This document shows positions 25,243 through 38,382 of a stretch of 64,000 bases of DNA, one piece after another; the first letter of the stretch is position 1, and the number at the start of each line of letters is the position of its first letter. The notes under the pieces were generated by a model that saw nothing but the letters and a program-made list of their open reading frames with translations, was not told where the DNA came from and did no database searches. The stretch is taken from NCBI GenBank assembly GCA_965113315.1, contig OZ220371.1. One strand, written 5' to 3'. The position numbers and the translations under genes were made by a program. The stretch comes from Podarcis vaucheri. Taxonomy: Eukaryota.

Positions 25243-26082
25243 TAGGGTTACCAGACGTCCCCGTTTCCCGGAGACAGTCCCTGGATTTGCGAATAAGTCC
25301 CCAGACAAATTTCATCCCTGGAATGTCCCCAGATTTCATCTAATGTCCCCAGGAAACACAGCAGCGGCAGTCTCAGCAGCCTGGAGCAGTTGGCTCTGGC
25401 TGGCTTCAGGAGCTGCTTGGAAGTCCCATTATGATGGTGGTGCAGGGGCTCTAAGATGCAGCTTCCGGGCTGCCTCCACCTTCCTTGACCCCAGCAACTA
25501 AGCTGTGAAGGGAGGCTTCGTGCTGCCTATCGGAGCAGCCTCCCAACTCCTACTTGCGTGCAAGCAGGAGTGGGGTGGGGATCTCTCAGCTGTGAAGAGA
25601 GGCTTCAAGCTGCCTATCAGAGCTTGCGTGCAAGCAGGAAGGAGCAGGGATCTCTCAGTTAGGCAATGGGAAGCCTTGCTTCCCAGCTGAGGGATCCCTC
25701 CCCCTCCTGCTTGCATGCAAGTAGGAATGGGATTGGGGCTGCTCTGATGGGAAGGGAGGCATTATGCTGCCCAAGCCTCGCCGCTGTCGCTGCTCTCGGC
25801 CCTCCTTCTCCACCTTCCATGCTTGACCCACTGCGCACCGCTTCCCCACCACCACCACCACCACCACCGAAGAACTAACAACTCAGGGGCTGCCCAGGCT
25901 CACAGAGAAAGCAGATAGAAGCCTCGGAGGAAGGGGAAATGTGGCGGTTGAGGTCAAAGCAGCGGCTGCCCCTCAGCCACCGCCATCGCTGCAGCATCAA
26001 TGTCCCAAACGTGTATTATTTATTTATTTGTTTGTTTATTTAAAGTGTCCCCGGATTCATTGAAAAAAATCTGGTAACCTTA
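25243..26082. mobile_element. hAT (Blackjack-like) MITE with GC-rich interior, inserted in a CR1 tail
   Basis: TIR TAGGGTTACCAGA / TCTGGTAACCTTA; subterminal gtcccc repeats; degenerate 8-bp TSD CTCTGATT/CTCTGGCT. It splits the CR1 tail ggactagatgggcctctg...tgatccagc. Confidence 0.8.
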
Positions 26083-27165
26083 CTCTGGCTTGATCCAGCC
26101 AGGTTTATCTTACATTCCTTAGCCCATCCGAGTGAGCTTGACTACCATAGGGCAAGCCAGTCATGGGGAGGCATCCAGTGTTGTTGCTTCTTGAGTGGAA
26201 GGAGAGCTGTAGTCATGGAATGCAAATCTGTCTGTCTAGAGACATTGCTTTGAAGAGAATTTATAAATGGCCATTTCTGTAGTAAGAAGCTTACATGGCA
26301 AACTGTTGCCTCCTGTTTAAAGAAAGTTGTACCAGCATTAAAGCAGAGAATTGCAACAACCGTCATTGTAGGGATGGCACATTAATTCTGGAAAAAAGAG
26401 CATTAATTAAAATAAACAAGCTAAAAACATGTTCAGACTGGAATGCTGTGTGATTAGAAAAAGAAATTGAGAATCAGCGCTACACAACTGGGCTTCCTAC
26501 TGCTATAATCCATATGGTCCTTTATCAGGAACATCAAGTGCACAGTATCGAAGCAACACAGCAGGAAGATTCTAACTGTTGAGTTCCCCACAATTTTACT
26601 TTGGTATGTTTCATCCATACACATTAATTAGAGCTGGACGAAGGCCATGGAAAATATTCTCAAACATTTGTGCAGATAAAAAGCACAGATGCTTTGATGA
26701 TATTTCCAACTACAAAAGCTACTGCAAATATTCACACCAACAGATGTTTATTCTGGGACAGGACAATATACTGATATGGCCTGACGATTATGTATATTTG
26801 GTAAAGAGCTGTTAAAGTATTTTATTTGACCCTAGTGTACAGCAATTCGTACAAAACAGCATCACTTGAAGCAATTGTCCAAATACAATAGTACAGAAAG
26901 AGGCATGTGGTTTGTATGTATAGCACTAAGAAGAAGAGCAGCTAACTTTAATTGTAATTCCTTATGGATATGTTTGATTTTAGAAGATAAGCTAGAAACC
27001 ACATTTTCTTCTCTAACTATCACTTGCCCAATCATCATTATAATACAGTTAGTTACATACAGTAAGGCATTTTTTAACATATTCTGCTCCTCTGTGGCTG
27101 CTGTGCTTTGCTAACCCACGGTTTAGCAATCTCCAGACAATCCATGAGCTAACCAAGGTTTACAG

Positions 27166-27490
27166 CATGGGTAGGCAAACCAAGGCCCGGGGGCCAGATC
27201 CGGCCAAATCGCCTTCTAAATCCGGCCCGCGCACAGTCTGGGAATCAGTGTGTTTTTACATGAGTAGAATGTGTCCTTTTATTTAAAATGCATCTCTGGG
27301 TTATTTGTGGGGCCTGTCTGGTGTTTTTACATGAGTAGAATGTGTGCTTTTATTTAAAATGCATCTCTGGGTTATTTGTGGGGCATAGGAATTCGTTCAT
27401 TCCCCCCCCCCAAAAAAATATAGTCCAGCCCCCCACAAGGTCTGAGGGACAGTGGACTGGCCCTCTGCTGAAAAAGTTTGCTGACCCCTG
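27166..27490. mobile_element. hAT-Charlie-like MITE with internal tandem duplication of about 65-70 bp
   Basis: Ends CATGGGTAGGCAAAC / GTTTGCTGACCCCTG; perfect 8-bp TSD GTTTACAG. Confidence 0.88.
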
Positions 27491-27524
27491 GTTTACAGCT
27501 TTGTTTTGTCTGAGAGAGTTAAAC

Positions 27525-27660
27525 CAGGCATAGGCAAACTCGGCCCTCCAGATGTTTTGGGACTACAATTCCCATCATCCCTGACCACTGGTCCTGTTAG
27601 CTAGGGATGATGGGAGTTGTAGTCCCAAAACGTCTGGAGGGCCGAGTTTGCCTATACCTG
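27525..27660. mobile_element. Short palindromic hAT MITE
   Basis: Near-perfect 136-bp fold-back CAGGCATAGGCAAACTCGGCCCTCCAGA...TCTGGAGGGCCGAGTTTGCCTATACCTG; TSD (A/T)GTTAAAC. Confidence 0.9.
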
Positions 27661-30600
27661 TGTTAAACCATGAGGCCAGATTTGGACAACCACATAGCAC
27701 AGCAGCAGTCTCCTCTCTGGGAGCCCATTTATTTGCTTGTTCATGATAAACCAAGGTTTGGCGGAGCACTACATGTGAACCAGACCATTGGTTGTTACAG
27801 CTCATAATAGAGAACCCATACTTTTAATATAAATATGTATTTTAATTATGGACTTCAGAGACAACCATTTAACACTACTCTTATTTCCAATTTAAACAAA
27901 GCTGATTCTACGGGAATGTTTCTAATACTAATGCCCCTGTAAGAAATGAACTGAAAATTAATCCTAGTCTCTTTACAAAGCACTTGCATAGACACTTGAA
28001 TATGCCTGGAACAGAAATATAATATGCTTGGCTGCAGGCCAGAGCACAATTATGCATGCTTAAACCTCATGCTCATATAACTATGTAATGAATCGCAGCC
28101 TTCGTCAATTATAAATAAAGCCATTTCCCTTTCTAATTATGTTAGGCAGGGATATACTTCTAACTTTGTCAATTACAGGGGCAGGAATGGTTTCCCTTTT
28201 AACTAGATTAGCTAGGAGCAGTCTTCTAAGATTGAGGCCCGTGCATGATGCAAACATTGGAGCCTCCAACATATAAGAATTTGGTTTCGTAAAAAGGCTG
28301 TGCCATTATTTCAGTCTCACTTTCAACAAATACATTGTGTCCTGTAACATGTTAAAAGTTGGGCAGAGGGCCTGGAGACCTTGGGCAAGGGATGCAAGGG
28401 AAACATTGCCTGATCTATAATGTCAAAAGCCTGTAGTCTCTGTTACCCAGGAGAACTCACTGTGTAGATTTGAACCACCACAGAGCGCATGGGTTCAGGC
28501 AACCCTCCCACCTGTAAACATGGTGAAAGAAATGTAGGAGGAGAGCTGGAGGGTGCATGAACTGGCCCTACCACCTGACAGTATGTGCCATAGCATGTAT
28601 CCTCCTCTAGCCACACATTTGACTGGCATGGCAAAGGGATGTGTGCAGCGTAAGAGAGATGCAAATGCATGTTGTACCCAATAGCCCTTCAGTCCACAGT
28701 CCTGCTGACAGCACAACTTGTGAACCCTTCCTGGTGAAAAGGATTTCCCTTTCATTGACATCAATAAAAGGAGAGGAATAAAAAATAGCCATCCCCATGT
28801 CAACTATATGTGTGCATATATGTAAATATATATCTATATATCTGAATGCATTTTTTGAGGATTTGTAACTGCACAAATACGTATGCCATAAGGTCTGCGC
28901 TTCTTTTAAACAGGTTCGGGTTCTATGTAAAACCGTGCACTTTCTTTAGCGTTGTAATATAATTACAAGTGTTTAACATAAGGGTATATCACCTTACGAC
29001 CGAGGTTCCAGTAACATCAAGTGAAACCATTTTGTAGTTAATTTCCTGTATTCAGACACCCAAAGAACTAAACTTGATTTATTTTGCTATGTTCTGATGT
29101 GGAATACTCTATGAAGAAAAACACCTTGTGAACTTCAATTATAACCACTTTTGGTCATTTATGAGAGGTGAGTTTATATAATTTGGAAGGAGACCTACCG
29201 ACAGCTATATACACAAAAACATGCCAGTGGATTAATTGAGAGATAGACTGGGTGGTCCATGTCTCCGTTTACAAGAAGAAAACAATCATCAGGAGATGAA
29301 GTATCTTCTAATATAAACCTCCCTGCAAATGCCACGGATCCATGCATTTTCTCTTTCTTCTATCCTGCAAAATTATTAGAATTGAATACAGGCTTGCTTT
29401 CCCCAGTAATCGCCATAAGTCCTCAACAAATAAAGGAAGGCAGTCCTTTGATGTGGAAGAAAACAAAACAAAATGAAAAACTTAAACAATCTGAATCCCC
29501 AGCCTCTGGATTTTGCAAATATGCTCTTTCACAACCAAATTGCCATCACGCCAGAAGAAATCCATATAATTCAGATTTCAACCATTTCCCGAGCCTTGTG
29601 CATCATGTGTTTCACACGTGACATGGAAGGCTTGGTGTTCCTGAATTCACTCCATTATGGTAGGCAAGGCATATTGTTGAATGCTCTTCATTAACTTTAC
29701 AAAGCACTTACGTTTGCCTCATAATGCATAATTCCACTCATAGCAGCTGAGTTGTTAAATTGCAAAGGACATTAGAAATTACTCACCAGAGGCAAGCACC
29801 ACACCCAGCATAACGTGGCAGTATCTCTAGGGTACAATTATTTTTTCCTGACCCGAGGCTGCTAACAATATGTAGAAGAAAGCTTAAAGCAAAGGAACCC
29901 ATAACAACAACAGTCATTGTCCTAGAATTGGGACTAATTCAGTTTTGGTGGTTTTCAACCTAGGCTGTTTGGGGAATTTACTATGCTTTGGTGGTTGTAG
30001 TGCCACTGCAACCTATCTTAGGTCAGGTAGCAGCCTAGTAATGGGTAATGGGTGAGACTAGACGATTATGGGAAAATAACTTTGAAGGACATCATTTTCA
30101 TATACTGGAGTAAAAGAGAACATTTTAACATTTCATCAAGTTCTTGGAAAGCTGAGGCAGCCAACCTGTGGTGTTAGCCGAATTCCATGAAGTCCTCTTG
30201 GCACAATTTCATGGTGAAAAGGAGGAAAAGGAGATGGCAGAAAGGGAGAGAGGAAATGAATAAAAAGGGCCCATTGCTCTTAACTCCCTCCCAAGTTTCA
30301 TTGGCAGCCCTGCTCATTTTGACTCCAGCCCTGCTCACTGTAGGTAACTTGCCCCTGTCAAATTACTCCTGAGGGATAGTGTTCCTCAACAAGAACAAAA
30401 AGATTGTCCGCCTCTGCACATATTAACCATAGTTTCAAACTTTTTGCTAGTATGGGTCAGAGGTGTTCTAAGCACTTGTAATTAATTCTCCCCTAAAGTG
30501 CCAAGTACCAGCATGTCCTCACAACTCATTTCCTTTGTTAATTGGCACCAAACTGCTAATGATGATTTATTTCACACAGTACCAAAGTCACACTTTTGAA

Positions 30601-31528
30601 GAGCACATCATATTTCCTTAACCTCCTATTTCAGAATAATAAAAATGAACACCGTGGATTTCCTTCTACTTCCTCAGCTTTAAAAGCATTCAGTGTATCT
30701 CATCCTAAGCACTTGTTTACTGGTTCAGAAAATCTTGTGAGTAGCCCATTAGTGCAATAGCTCTAGACAAAGCAGAATGCAAGTCCAACTCACATTGAAA
30801 TTGGTAATTGGTTTAATGATGGCTAAAATAGAATGAAATATAGACAGGCAGACAAAAATATTGCTCCAGAAAGCATAAACTCACTATTCTTGTTATCTTA
30901 GGCCTTAAATAGAGGACAAAGTACTACCAATGGTGGTAATGAATAGTAGCAATAATATTCTAAAAATCTCCTCCAGTAAGTCCTTAAAAGAGATCCTACC
31001 ACCTTCAGATGGCAGGCTACCAAAGAGAGGGGTTTTTTTATGTGGGGGCACCAATTTGTGAACTTCCTTCCCATGGCAAATTTGCTTGGTGCTGTCATTT
31101 TGGGTGCCAAGCGAAACCTGGTCTGTTCACCTGTTTGTTTTAACAAATTTACTAATTTGGATTTACATGATTTGAACAGATCTAATATAAAGAGTAGAAT
31201 TTCTGATTAATGTACTGCATGCAAAGAGCAAACTTCTCTTTTCTCCCCCAAAGAAATGCAGCCACCCTCGATATTCTCTGCTGAATGACAGGTCCAAATC
31301 CTTGCTTATTAAAGCAGCATCAAATTTATGGGGTTGAGCTTATATAACTCTGCAGCTGCAGTGTAACCACTTCAGCCGTCTGTAGCTTCAAAGTAGTTTC
31401 TGGCAAGAGAGGGGGCGAACCTCAAAGGTAGCCAAAGAATTGTTCTGTATATTAATGAAAAGAAACTAGAAAGTATGACCATTTTTGGAGAAACAGAAGG
31501 AAAGATATGGATAAGAACCTAAGTCTAC

Positions 31529-31592
31529 AATCCTAGGTATACTGATCTGGGAGGAGACTCAAATCCTAGGTATACTGATCTGGGAGGAGACT
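31529..31592. repeat. 33-bp-period tandem duplication
   Basis: aatcctaggtatactgatctgggaggagact occurs at 31529 and 31562. Confidence 0.92.
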
Positions 31593-31818
31593 AACAGTAC
31601 AACATACTTCTGTGTAAATATGAAGCTCCACCCCAATGATAAATTTCAGCCTGCAGTCCTAAACACCCTTTCGAGTATAGCCCATTTGACTCAGTGGGAC
31701 TTACTTAGGAGCAAGCATATCTGATTTGCTAGTCACTCTGTTCTGTATTTTGTCCATCAAAAATATATTCTTTGAGATGGGGTAACCAAAACTGTGTACA
31801 TTATTATCCTATACACCA

Positions 31819-32605
31819 AATCATAGAATCACAGAATTGTGGAGTTGGAAGGCGATCCCAAGGGTTATCCCAACCCCCTGCAATGCAGTAATCACAGCTA
31901 AAGAATTCCTGACAGATGGCCATCCAACCGCTGCTTTAAAACGTCCAATGAAGTGGATCCTACCACCTTCCTACTGAAATATACTCAGTGATTTCATGCT
32001 CTTTATTCAGCTCATAATGGTGAGGAGGAATGAATGAATCTCCCCTCAAAGTATCTGCTTTATATACATTATTTACACAATGGGCTACACATGATTGGCT
32101 AATTCCGGAATTCTACTGTAAGCCAATCAGGTTGTGGATTCACTTCTATCCGGAGCATAATTGGGTGGTTCCTGCCAACCAATCATAGTGCTGCATTGTT
32201 CTAGGACCAATCAGACTGCTGCATTCTGAATCCTATTGTTCTAGGACCAATCAGACTGCTGCAGTTTGGATCCTATTCAACTCAGTACATAACACCTACG
32301 TAGGTAGTCTGTTCCACTGTTGAAAAGCACTTACCATCAGAATGTTCTTCCTAGTATTTAGTCAGAATCTGCTTTCTTGCAATTTGAATCAATTGGCTTG
32401 GGTCCTACCCTCTGGAGCAGCAGGAAACAAGCTCACCCCATCGTTCATGTGACAGCCCTTCAACCATTTGAAGATGGCTATTATTATTCTCTTCTCCAGA
32501 CTAAACATACCCAGCTCCCTCAATCATTTATCATAAGGCTTGGTTTCCACCCCATTTATCATCTTGGTCACCCTCCGAACACATCCCAACTTCTCAACAT
32601 CCTTC
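31819..32605 (-). mobile_element. CR1 3' fragment interrupted by a solo LTR
   Basis: atcatagaatcacagaattgtggagttggaagg (CR1 3' end); resumes ggtagtctgttccactg after 32299. Confidence 0.8.
31975..32294 (-). mobile_element. Solo LTR (CCAAT-rich, Gypsy-like)
   Basis: TG...CA termini, 5-bp TSD CCTAC (31970-31974, 32295-32299), several ccaatca repeats, TATA and AATAAA on the minus strand. Confidence 0.85.
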
Positions 32606-32803
32606 TCAGCAGTGATGCCCTCCCTGTAGAATCCCCTCCAAAGAGATGTCAGGGAGATAAAGAATTACACAACTATTAGAAAACATCTGAAGGCAGCCCA
32701 GTTCAGGAAAGTTTTTAATGCCTGACATTTTATTATTTTTTATATTTTGCTGGAAGCAGCCCAGAGTGGCTGGGGAAACCCAGTCAGATGGATGGGGTAT
32801 AAA

Positions 32804-32836
<33 letters not shown>

Positions 32837-32850
32837 CATTATCATTATCA
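32606..32850 (+). mobile_element. L2 3' end with (ATTATC)n tail
   Basis: Homologous to the 3' end of the L2 at 11661 (catctgaaggcagcc...cccagagtggctggggaaacccag). Confidence 0.85.
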
Positions 32851-35075
32851 AGATGAGAACCAAATAAATCCAAATTTTGCAGTGCAGTAATGAATGTATT
32901 AGTGAAATTATCATACAAAGTGTATTTGTATCCTAGGATAGTTTGCTAGCAACAATGTGTATATTAGTCAAAACAGCAAGCAAAAATGTGTTTAAGAGAA
33001 ATTCACGCTAAAATGCTGAATAATTTGTATGAGGATTAAAAAATAATTATTCACAAGTTGCTGCAGAAATATGGAGAACTGAATTTGAGGCTGGCAAAAT
33101 GAAAAACAGAGCTGAAATGAATGTGGCCTTCCATCCTTAGTGATGACTGGGGAGCTCTTAGTATGGGTTTCTTTTTCTCAGGAATTCAGGTGAGTGGAGA
33201 GGTGGTGGCAGACACAAGCTGGGATATAGCCAGCTGACTGTGTCCTTAAGGCAGCTTGGACATATTCACATCCTCTACATTAGATGTAAGAAAAGCCTGC
33301 CTCAGTTGGCAGCTCTTCGTGCACATGGGTGGAAGGTGAGAGAAACGTGAGCAGGGAGGTGAGATGGCAGACTGTGAAAAGTTTTCTGGGTTAGTGAAGT
33401 TCTGAGCAACAGCTCAAAAGTTCTTAAAGTTCTTCTGCCCCCTTAAAGCTTCTGGAAACAATTGCTGGCAAAACGATACGGTGTGCATGCATTGTAAATT
33501 ATGAAGCGAAAATTTGTCAGGACTTTAATGTTTGTAGAGGGAGCCACCTAATGGATACATCCTAATGCAACCCCATGCGTATCTACACATATATGTATTA
33601 CAAAGCTCCCCTTCAACCCTACAAGCCCAGTAACCCCCACACTAGCAACCCCACACTGTAAGCAACAAACAGGCACCAATCAACTCTACAAATTACCTAC
33701 ACCTTATGTACTCAGGCAACAGAGCTATGTGATGCAGGTAACACAGGTGAATGTACATGGTCAGATCCTTAGTCTATCTAGCCAAGTACTGCACTGCTTA
33801 TGTTCTCTGGCATCAGCTATTGAAGGTTTTAGGAAGAAATCTTTCTCGGTTCTGCCATCAGAGAACCTCCTAAACTGGAGATGGTGGTGGGTATTATGAT
33901 GATCTGTTTTTCACCAGCAGGTTCCAGCCAGAGTGGGTTACAATGAATTAAAAACAGGGATTGAATAGAAGAACTTGTACATGCAATGCATCTGTTCCAG
34001 CTTTGCCTTCAAATATTTGGCTATCTGCTGTCCAGTTGGTGCACATATTTGACTGGTCCCCCTCCCCCCCACAAGAGAACTCCTTACCTGCTCATGGAGA
34101 AGGCAACCATGTACTTGTTTTAATGCGGGTCTTCCATGATTAGTTTTTGATCAGCTGTCCTAGATTTTAAAATATGCAAAGCAAAAAGAATTGTATTGCT
34201 TCAAGTTTACTTAGGATGAGTTTAAAAATGCCCTGACTCAAGATTCTCTGATGCTATTGCTTTTAATTTTTAAATATTTAGCATTTGTCATTTCTGTCTC
34301 TTTTTGGCATTTACACCAAATCCTGATGGCTTTCAAACCAATGGGAGATTTTGTAATTGTTTTACAGTGATTACGCCTTGCCAATGCATTAATATATTAT
34401 ATTCAAAACCATATTTTAATGTGAATTATATATGTTCACAAACATTAGCCAGATACTATTGCCTGTTTAGCTCTCCTGTGAGAATCAATATCTAAACTCT
34501 TGTCCCACAAAACAAAGGATATGAGATTACTTGCACAGCATGGAAGAATAACTTAAGATGAAGGAAACACTACAGAATGAAACTATTAATTTTCATAACA
34601 TAGCACATGTATTGTTGCCCCCCCAAAAAATTGCTCAATGAATATCACAGATTTGTTGGAAGGAGCAGAAATATATACACAGCTGTGCAAGTGACCCTGA
34701 TACCTGCATTGACTATAACGCCAATATTTGTAATATAATATTTATATTACGATTACATGTCTCTAAGGATAAAGTTACTTTATGGCAGAGCTCTTACACC
34801 AGATATGTTTATACAAATTTACATCAATTAATCAAAGAGACCGGGAATATGTAATCAAATCAAATCCTGCTTAAAGCAAAATTGTTAAGGAGAGAAATTC
34901 TCTCAGCTCCCAACAAAACCCCACAGTAGTTTGCTAACTGCTATCACTGCTCACCCTGCTTCAAAATTATCCAAGATGGGAGTTTTGAAGATGAATACTG
35001 CAGACATAACTAAAGCCATACTCCCAACACAAGAGTTAAGCATATTTAAGTCAATTGATTTTAATGGACTTAAGC

Positions 35076-35679
35076 CATAGCTGTCAACTTACAGATTTGA
35101 AAATAAGGGACCAGCCTTAAAAATAAGGGACCAGCAGCCTTGAAAATAAGGGACCAGCAGCCAAAATAAGGGATCTGCAGCCTCACTTGTTCCAGGCACT
35201 CCAGTCTTCCTATCCTCCTGCAGTCTGGTCGAACTCATGCTGGTAGCTTCGAGAACACTGTCCAACCAACTTTGTAACCAGAGGTTCAACTGAATAGAAT
35301 CTGAATCACATGCACCACAAGGCCTATGCAGCCTCAAGATGGCTCCCCGGGCTGGCTTTGCACTGCAAAGTTTGCAGCAGCACGTGCAACAAAATGGCGT
35401 CCAGCATTCAAAAACCTCCTCAGCTTGCATTAACTAGCCACACACAAGGCATGCAAGCTCCACCCCCCCAGTCGTTCTTAGACTTCTTATTGAGTGAGCA
35501 ACACAGCCAAGCAACACAGTTGGCCGGCAGGGAGGGAGGGAGAGGAGCTGCTTCCTTTGAAATTTAAGGGACATCATTTAAGGGACATTTAAGGGACATC
35601 CATCAATAAGGGACAGCAGCGGGACATGGCGCTGGAATAAGGGACTGTCCCTTCAAATAAGGGACATTTGACAGCTAAG
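35076..35679. mobile_element. hAT MITE containing a BovB internal fragment
   Basis: TIR CATAGCTGTCAA / TTGACAGCTAAG; perfect 8-bp TSD ACTTAAGC; arrays of (A)TAAGGGAC subterminal repeats; 35192-35268 matches BovB 17850-17927. Confidence 0.88.
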
Positions 35680-36819
35680 ACTTAAGCATACTTAATTCTA
35701 CCATTTGATTACAGTATATTTTATGAGACTTACTGCGCAAGCATTTAATCTCATCGCATGAGGCTACTATGGTCACACTTATGGAGATCCAAATTTTCCT
35801 GAGTTACATATACTCTGAGAGGAGACATTGCAGAAAGCAACTGGATTTAATTTGCACCTGCAAAGTGAGATATTGAACTTCATTAACATTTTGGGTAGAA
35901 ACAATGCTTGGAAAACACATCTCTAAGTGTTAAGAAAATAAAGGTGGAACACCTGCAAGTCAACCTTTCTTAAAGCTAATTTAAAAGGTGTGGCCATGAT
36001 TAAAATATATTCCTAGGAAGAAGCTTATAGCACAAGCAACCGAGATCTAACTATTATCAGTGCTTAATGCTCCCAGCAGTTACCATAATGAGATGGGGAT
36101 TTATTTTTTATTTTTTGGTCATTTGTTAAGTCACTGGGATGACTTGCAGATGGTTTCGATAGAAAACCCACTGGCTATGACAAAGTTTGCCCAATTATAT
36201 GTTCATGTTTATAATTACTTGTTTTTTAAAAAAGGTTTGACACAGTTCAAGCTCTCCATAATATTGTAATGTACAGCATGTACAGGATTCTGATTGCTGT
36301 TGCATTGCATCAAGGATCTTGTGGTTTTAAAGTTCAGTTGCCTATTTGGAATGATGCTGCACTGCATCACAGCTTTTCTGCCCATAAAGCTGCACCAGCA
36401 ATGAATCATTATCACATTTGTTTATTTGGCTGTGATATAAGAAGAGTTATTATGCGATTACATAATGTGGTCTAACATAATAGGATAAAAATATCTTTTA
36501 GCTAGTATGAATATGTGAGAGCACCAATCTGGTCCACTGGATGGAGTTGGCATGTTGTCCTAGCCTTCACCATGGCCGGCCATCCAGCAGTCCATCAATC
36601 TACAGAAAACACATACTAGATCTTAAATATGTACACTATATTTGGATTAGTATCCCTGTGAGAATGATGCATAGCTCCACCTGCCCCAGTTGGCAATGGG
36701 GTTTAGGAGATGCCACAGAGAAAACCGTCTCCTTAGCCACGATTTCCGACACTTAAGAGGGTCTACCAAGATCCTCCTCCTATTAATCTTGATACCTGAA
36801 AAACTGTGTATGTAAAGTG

Positions 36820-36884
36820 CTGCTGACCTTCTGATCGGCAAGTCCTAGGCTCTGTGGTTTAACCCACAGCGCCACCCGCGTCCC
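36820..36884 (-). mobile_element. Sauria SINE 5' head fragment
   Basis: Reverse complement of gggacgcgggtggcgctgtgggttaaaccacagagcctaggacttgccgatcagaaggtc. Confidence 0.75.
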
Positions 36885-37679
36885 TCTCAAGATCCCATTA
36901 CACACACACACACACAAACACACACACATATATAAAACGACCGTCAATCGATAAAAATAAATTGGGCCTCAAGTGTTAGAATAATCACCACTCCTGTTTT
37001 CTCCAATGAAATGAGATATTCCACTTCCAAGTTCAATAACTTAATTTCCTAGAATGCTGCCCTGCACACCAGCAGCCACACCACAATTTTCAAATCACAA
37101 TTTGGACGCCACAGGATTGAACTCTTCTTTCAACTCCCTCCCTGGGATGTTGCCTGGTGGATGTCACTGACGAGGACAGCTCCCCATTTTAATAATCCAA
37201 CTGGGAGAGTTGCGAATGGACATCCATGGAAAACGCTCTCATTTTACAAGCCCCCTTCTCCGCTGCCACAAAGACAGCAGCAAAACTCAGGAATTTTCTT
37301 CATTCTTATAATTCAGCTCTTCTTTCGTGTAAACAGAAGTGCGGAACTTTTTTTTTTTTGGGGGGGGTATTTTTTAACATGCATAAATGGAACATATCCA
37401 TTACATTACAAGGCTGTTGTAACCCATGTGTCATTCACCGCCCCTCGCCCCACTCTCGCAAGGCATCAGCATGAACATTTTAAAAGGGGTTTAAAACTGA
37501 AGATTATTTTTTTCAACACGAAATAAGACACGAAGGGGAGGGAAGTGCATTTTGTACTGGGTTTTTTCTTCTTCTGAGCGCTGCTGCTTTATGACAGCTA
37601 CCCTAAACCCTGGAATTCTCCGCTTATTTTCTTTTATGGACAGCTCTCACTGCTCTCCCCAGGATGGAACCTATGTTTA

Positions 37680-37930
37680 AAAATGAACCCGGAAGTTCGC
37701 ACGATGAGATGGGTCACTAAATTTTCTTAGCTCTATAACGCTAGGGTTGCCGTATATCTCTTGAGGACGAGAACCATAGAGATAGATCCTAGAGCGGATT
37801 AAACCATGCCATTTAAGGGCAGCGCCTCGACGCGCCTGTGTGTGAGATGCGAAACGCTTCCTTCCGGAAGGGGTACGCATGCGTAGTGGATCGAAACGGG
37901 ACACAGGTGGCGAGGAAACATGGCGGAGCC
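37680..37930 (+). promoter_or_regulatory. RPL7L1: RPL7L1 CpG-rich promoter / 5'UTR
   Basis: ETS/GABP motifs CCGGAAGT (37689) and CTTCCGGAAG (37861), NRF1-like palindrome TACGCATGCGTA, YY1-like AACATGGCG over the start codon. Confidence 0.7.
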
Positions 37931-37933
37931 TGA
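37920..37933 (+). CDS. RPL7L1: Ribosomal protein L7-like 1, coding exon 1 (MAEPE)
   Basis: AAACATGG Kozak context and donor GA|GTGAGT; phase matches exon 2. Confidence 0.85.
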
Positions 37934-38273
37934 GTGAGTTTTCGAGGGGGAAGAAGTAGACCGGGGGAGAATCCGTGTCCATCCTCGGGGAGGGCTTGGG
38001 CTTCTGCTTTGTTTGTTGGATGGAGGCATAGTCAGAAGCCTGTAAGAACAATAGATACGGGTCACAGTGCTTTGTACTGGATCGGTGGAGGGAGATCGTA
38101 CGATATGGAAAACCACTGCTTCTAGTATTCTGTGTGTATGTTTACTAGAACGAATTAAGTCCTTGCATAGGACCCATTTGTGCAATGCATTATGTATATG
38201 AATGTGTGAAAATCGCTTTCCATTAGATCTGTTTTTGTGTTCTGTCTGACGCGTTCAAACTCTTGTGTTTTAG

Positions 38274-38382
38274 ACCACCAAAGAAGATTCCCCGGGTGCC
38301 AGAAAATCTACTGAAAAAAAGAAAGGCGTATCAAGCAATCAAAGCCACCCAAGCAAAGCAGGCGCTGTTGGACAAAAGAAAG
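38274..38382 (+). CDS. RPL7L1: RPL7L1 coding exon 2
   Basis: ttttag| ... |gtaggg; encodes [36 protein letters not shown]. Confidence 0.95.

Noticed and set aside
35095-35175. CRISPR-like short direct repeat array (aaaataagggaccagc)
   Set aside because: Eukaryotic DNA, no unique spacers; these are hAT subterminal repeats.
1-37000. Exons of PDE5A, expected on this side from human synteny
   Set aside because: No recognisable PDE5A peptide in the ORF track or in the segments I translated.
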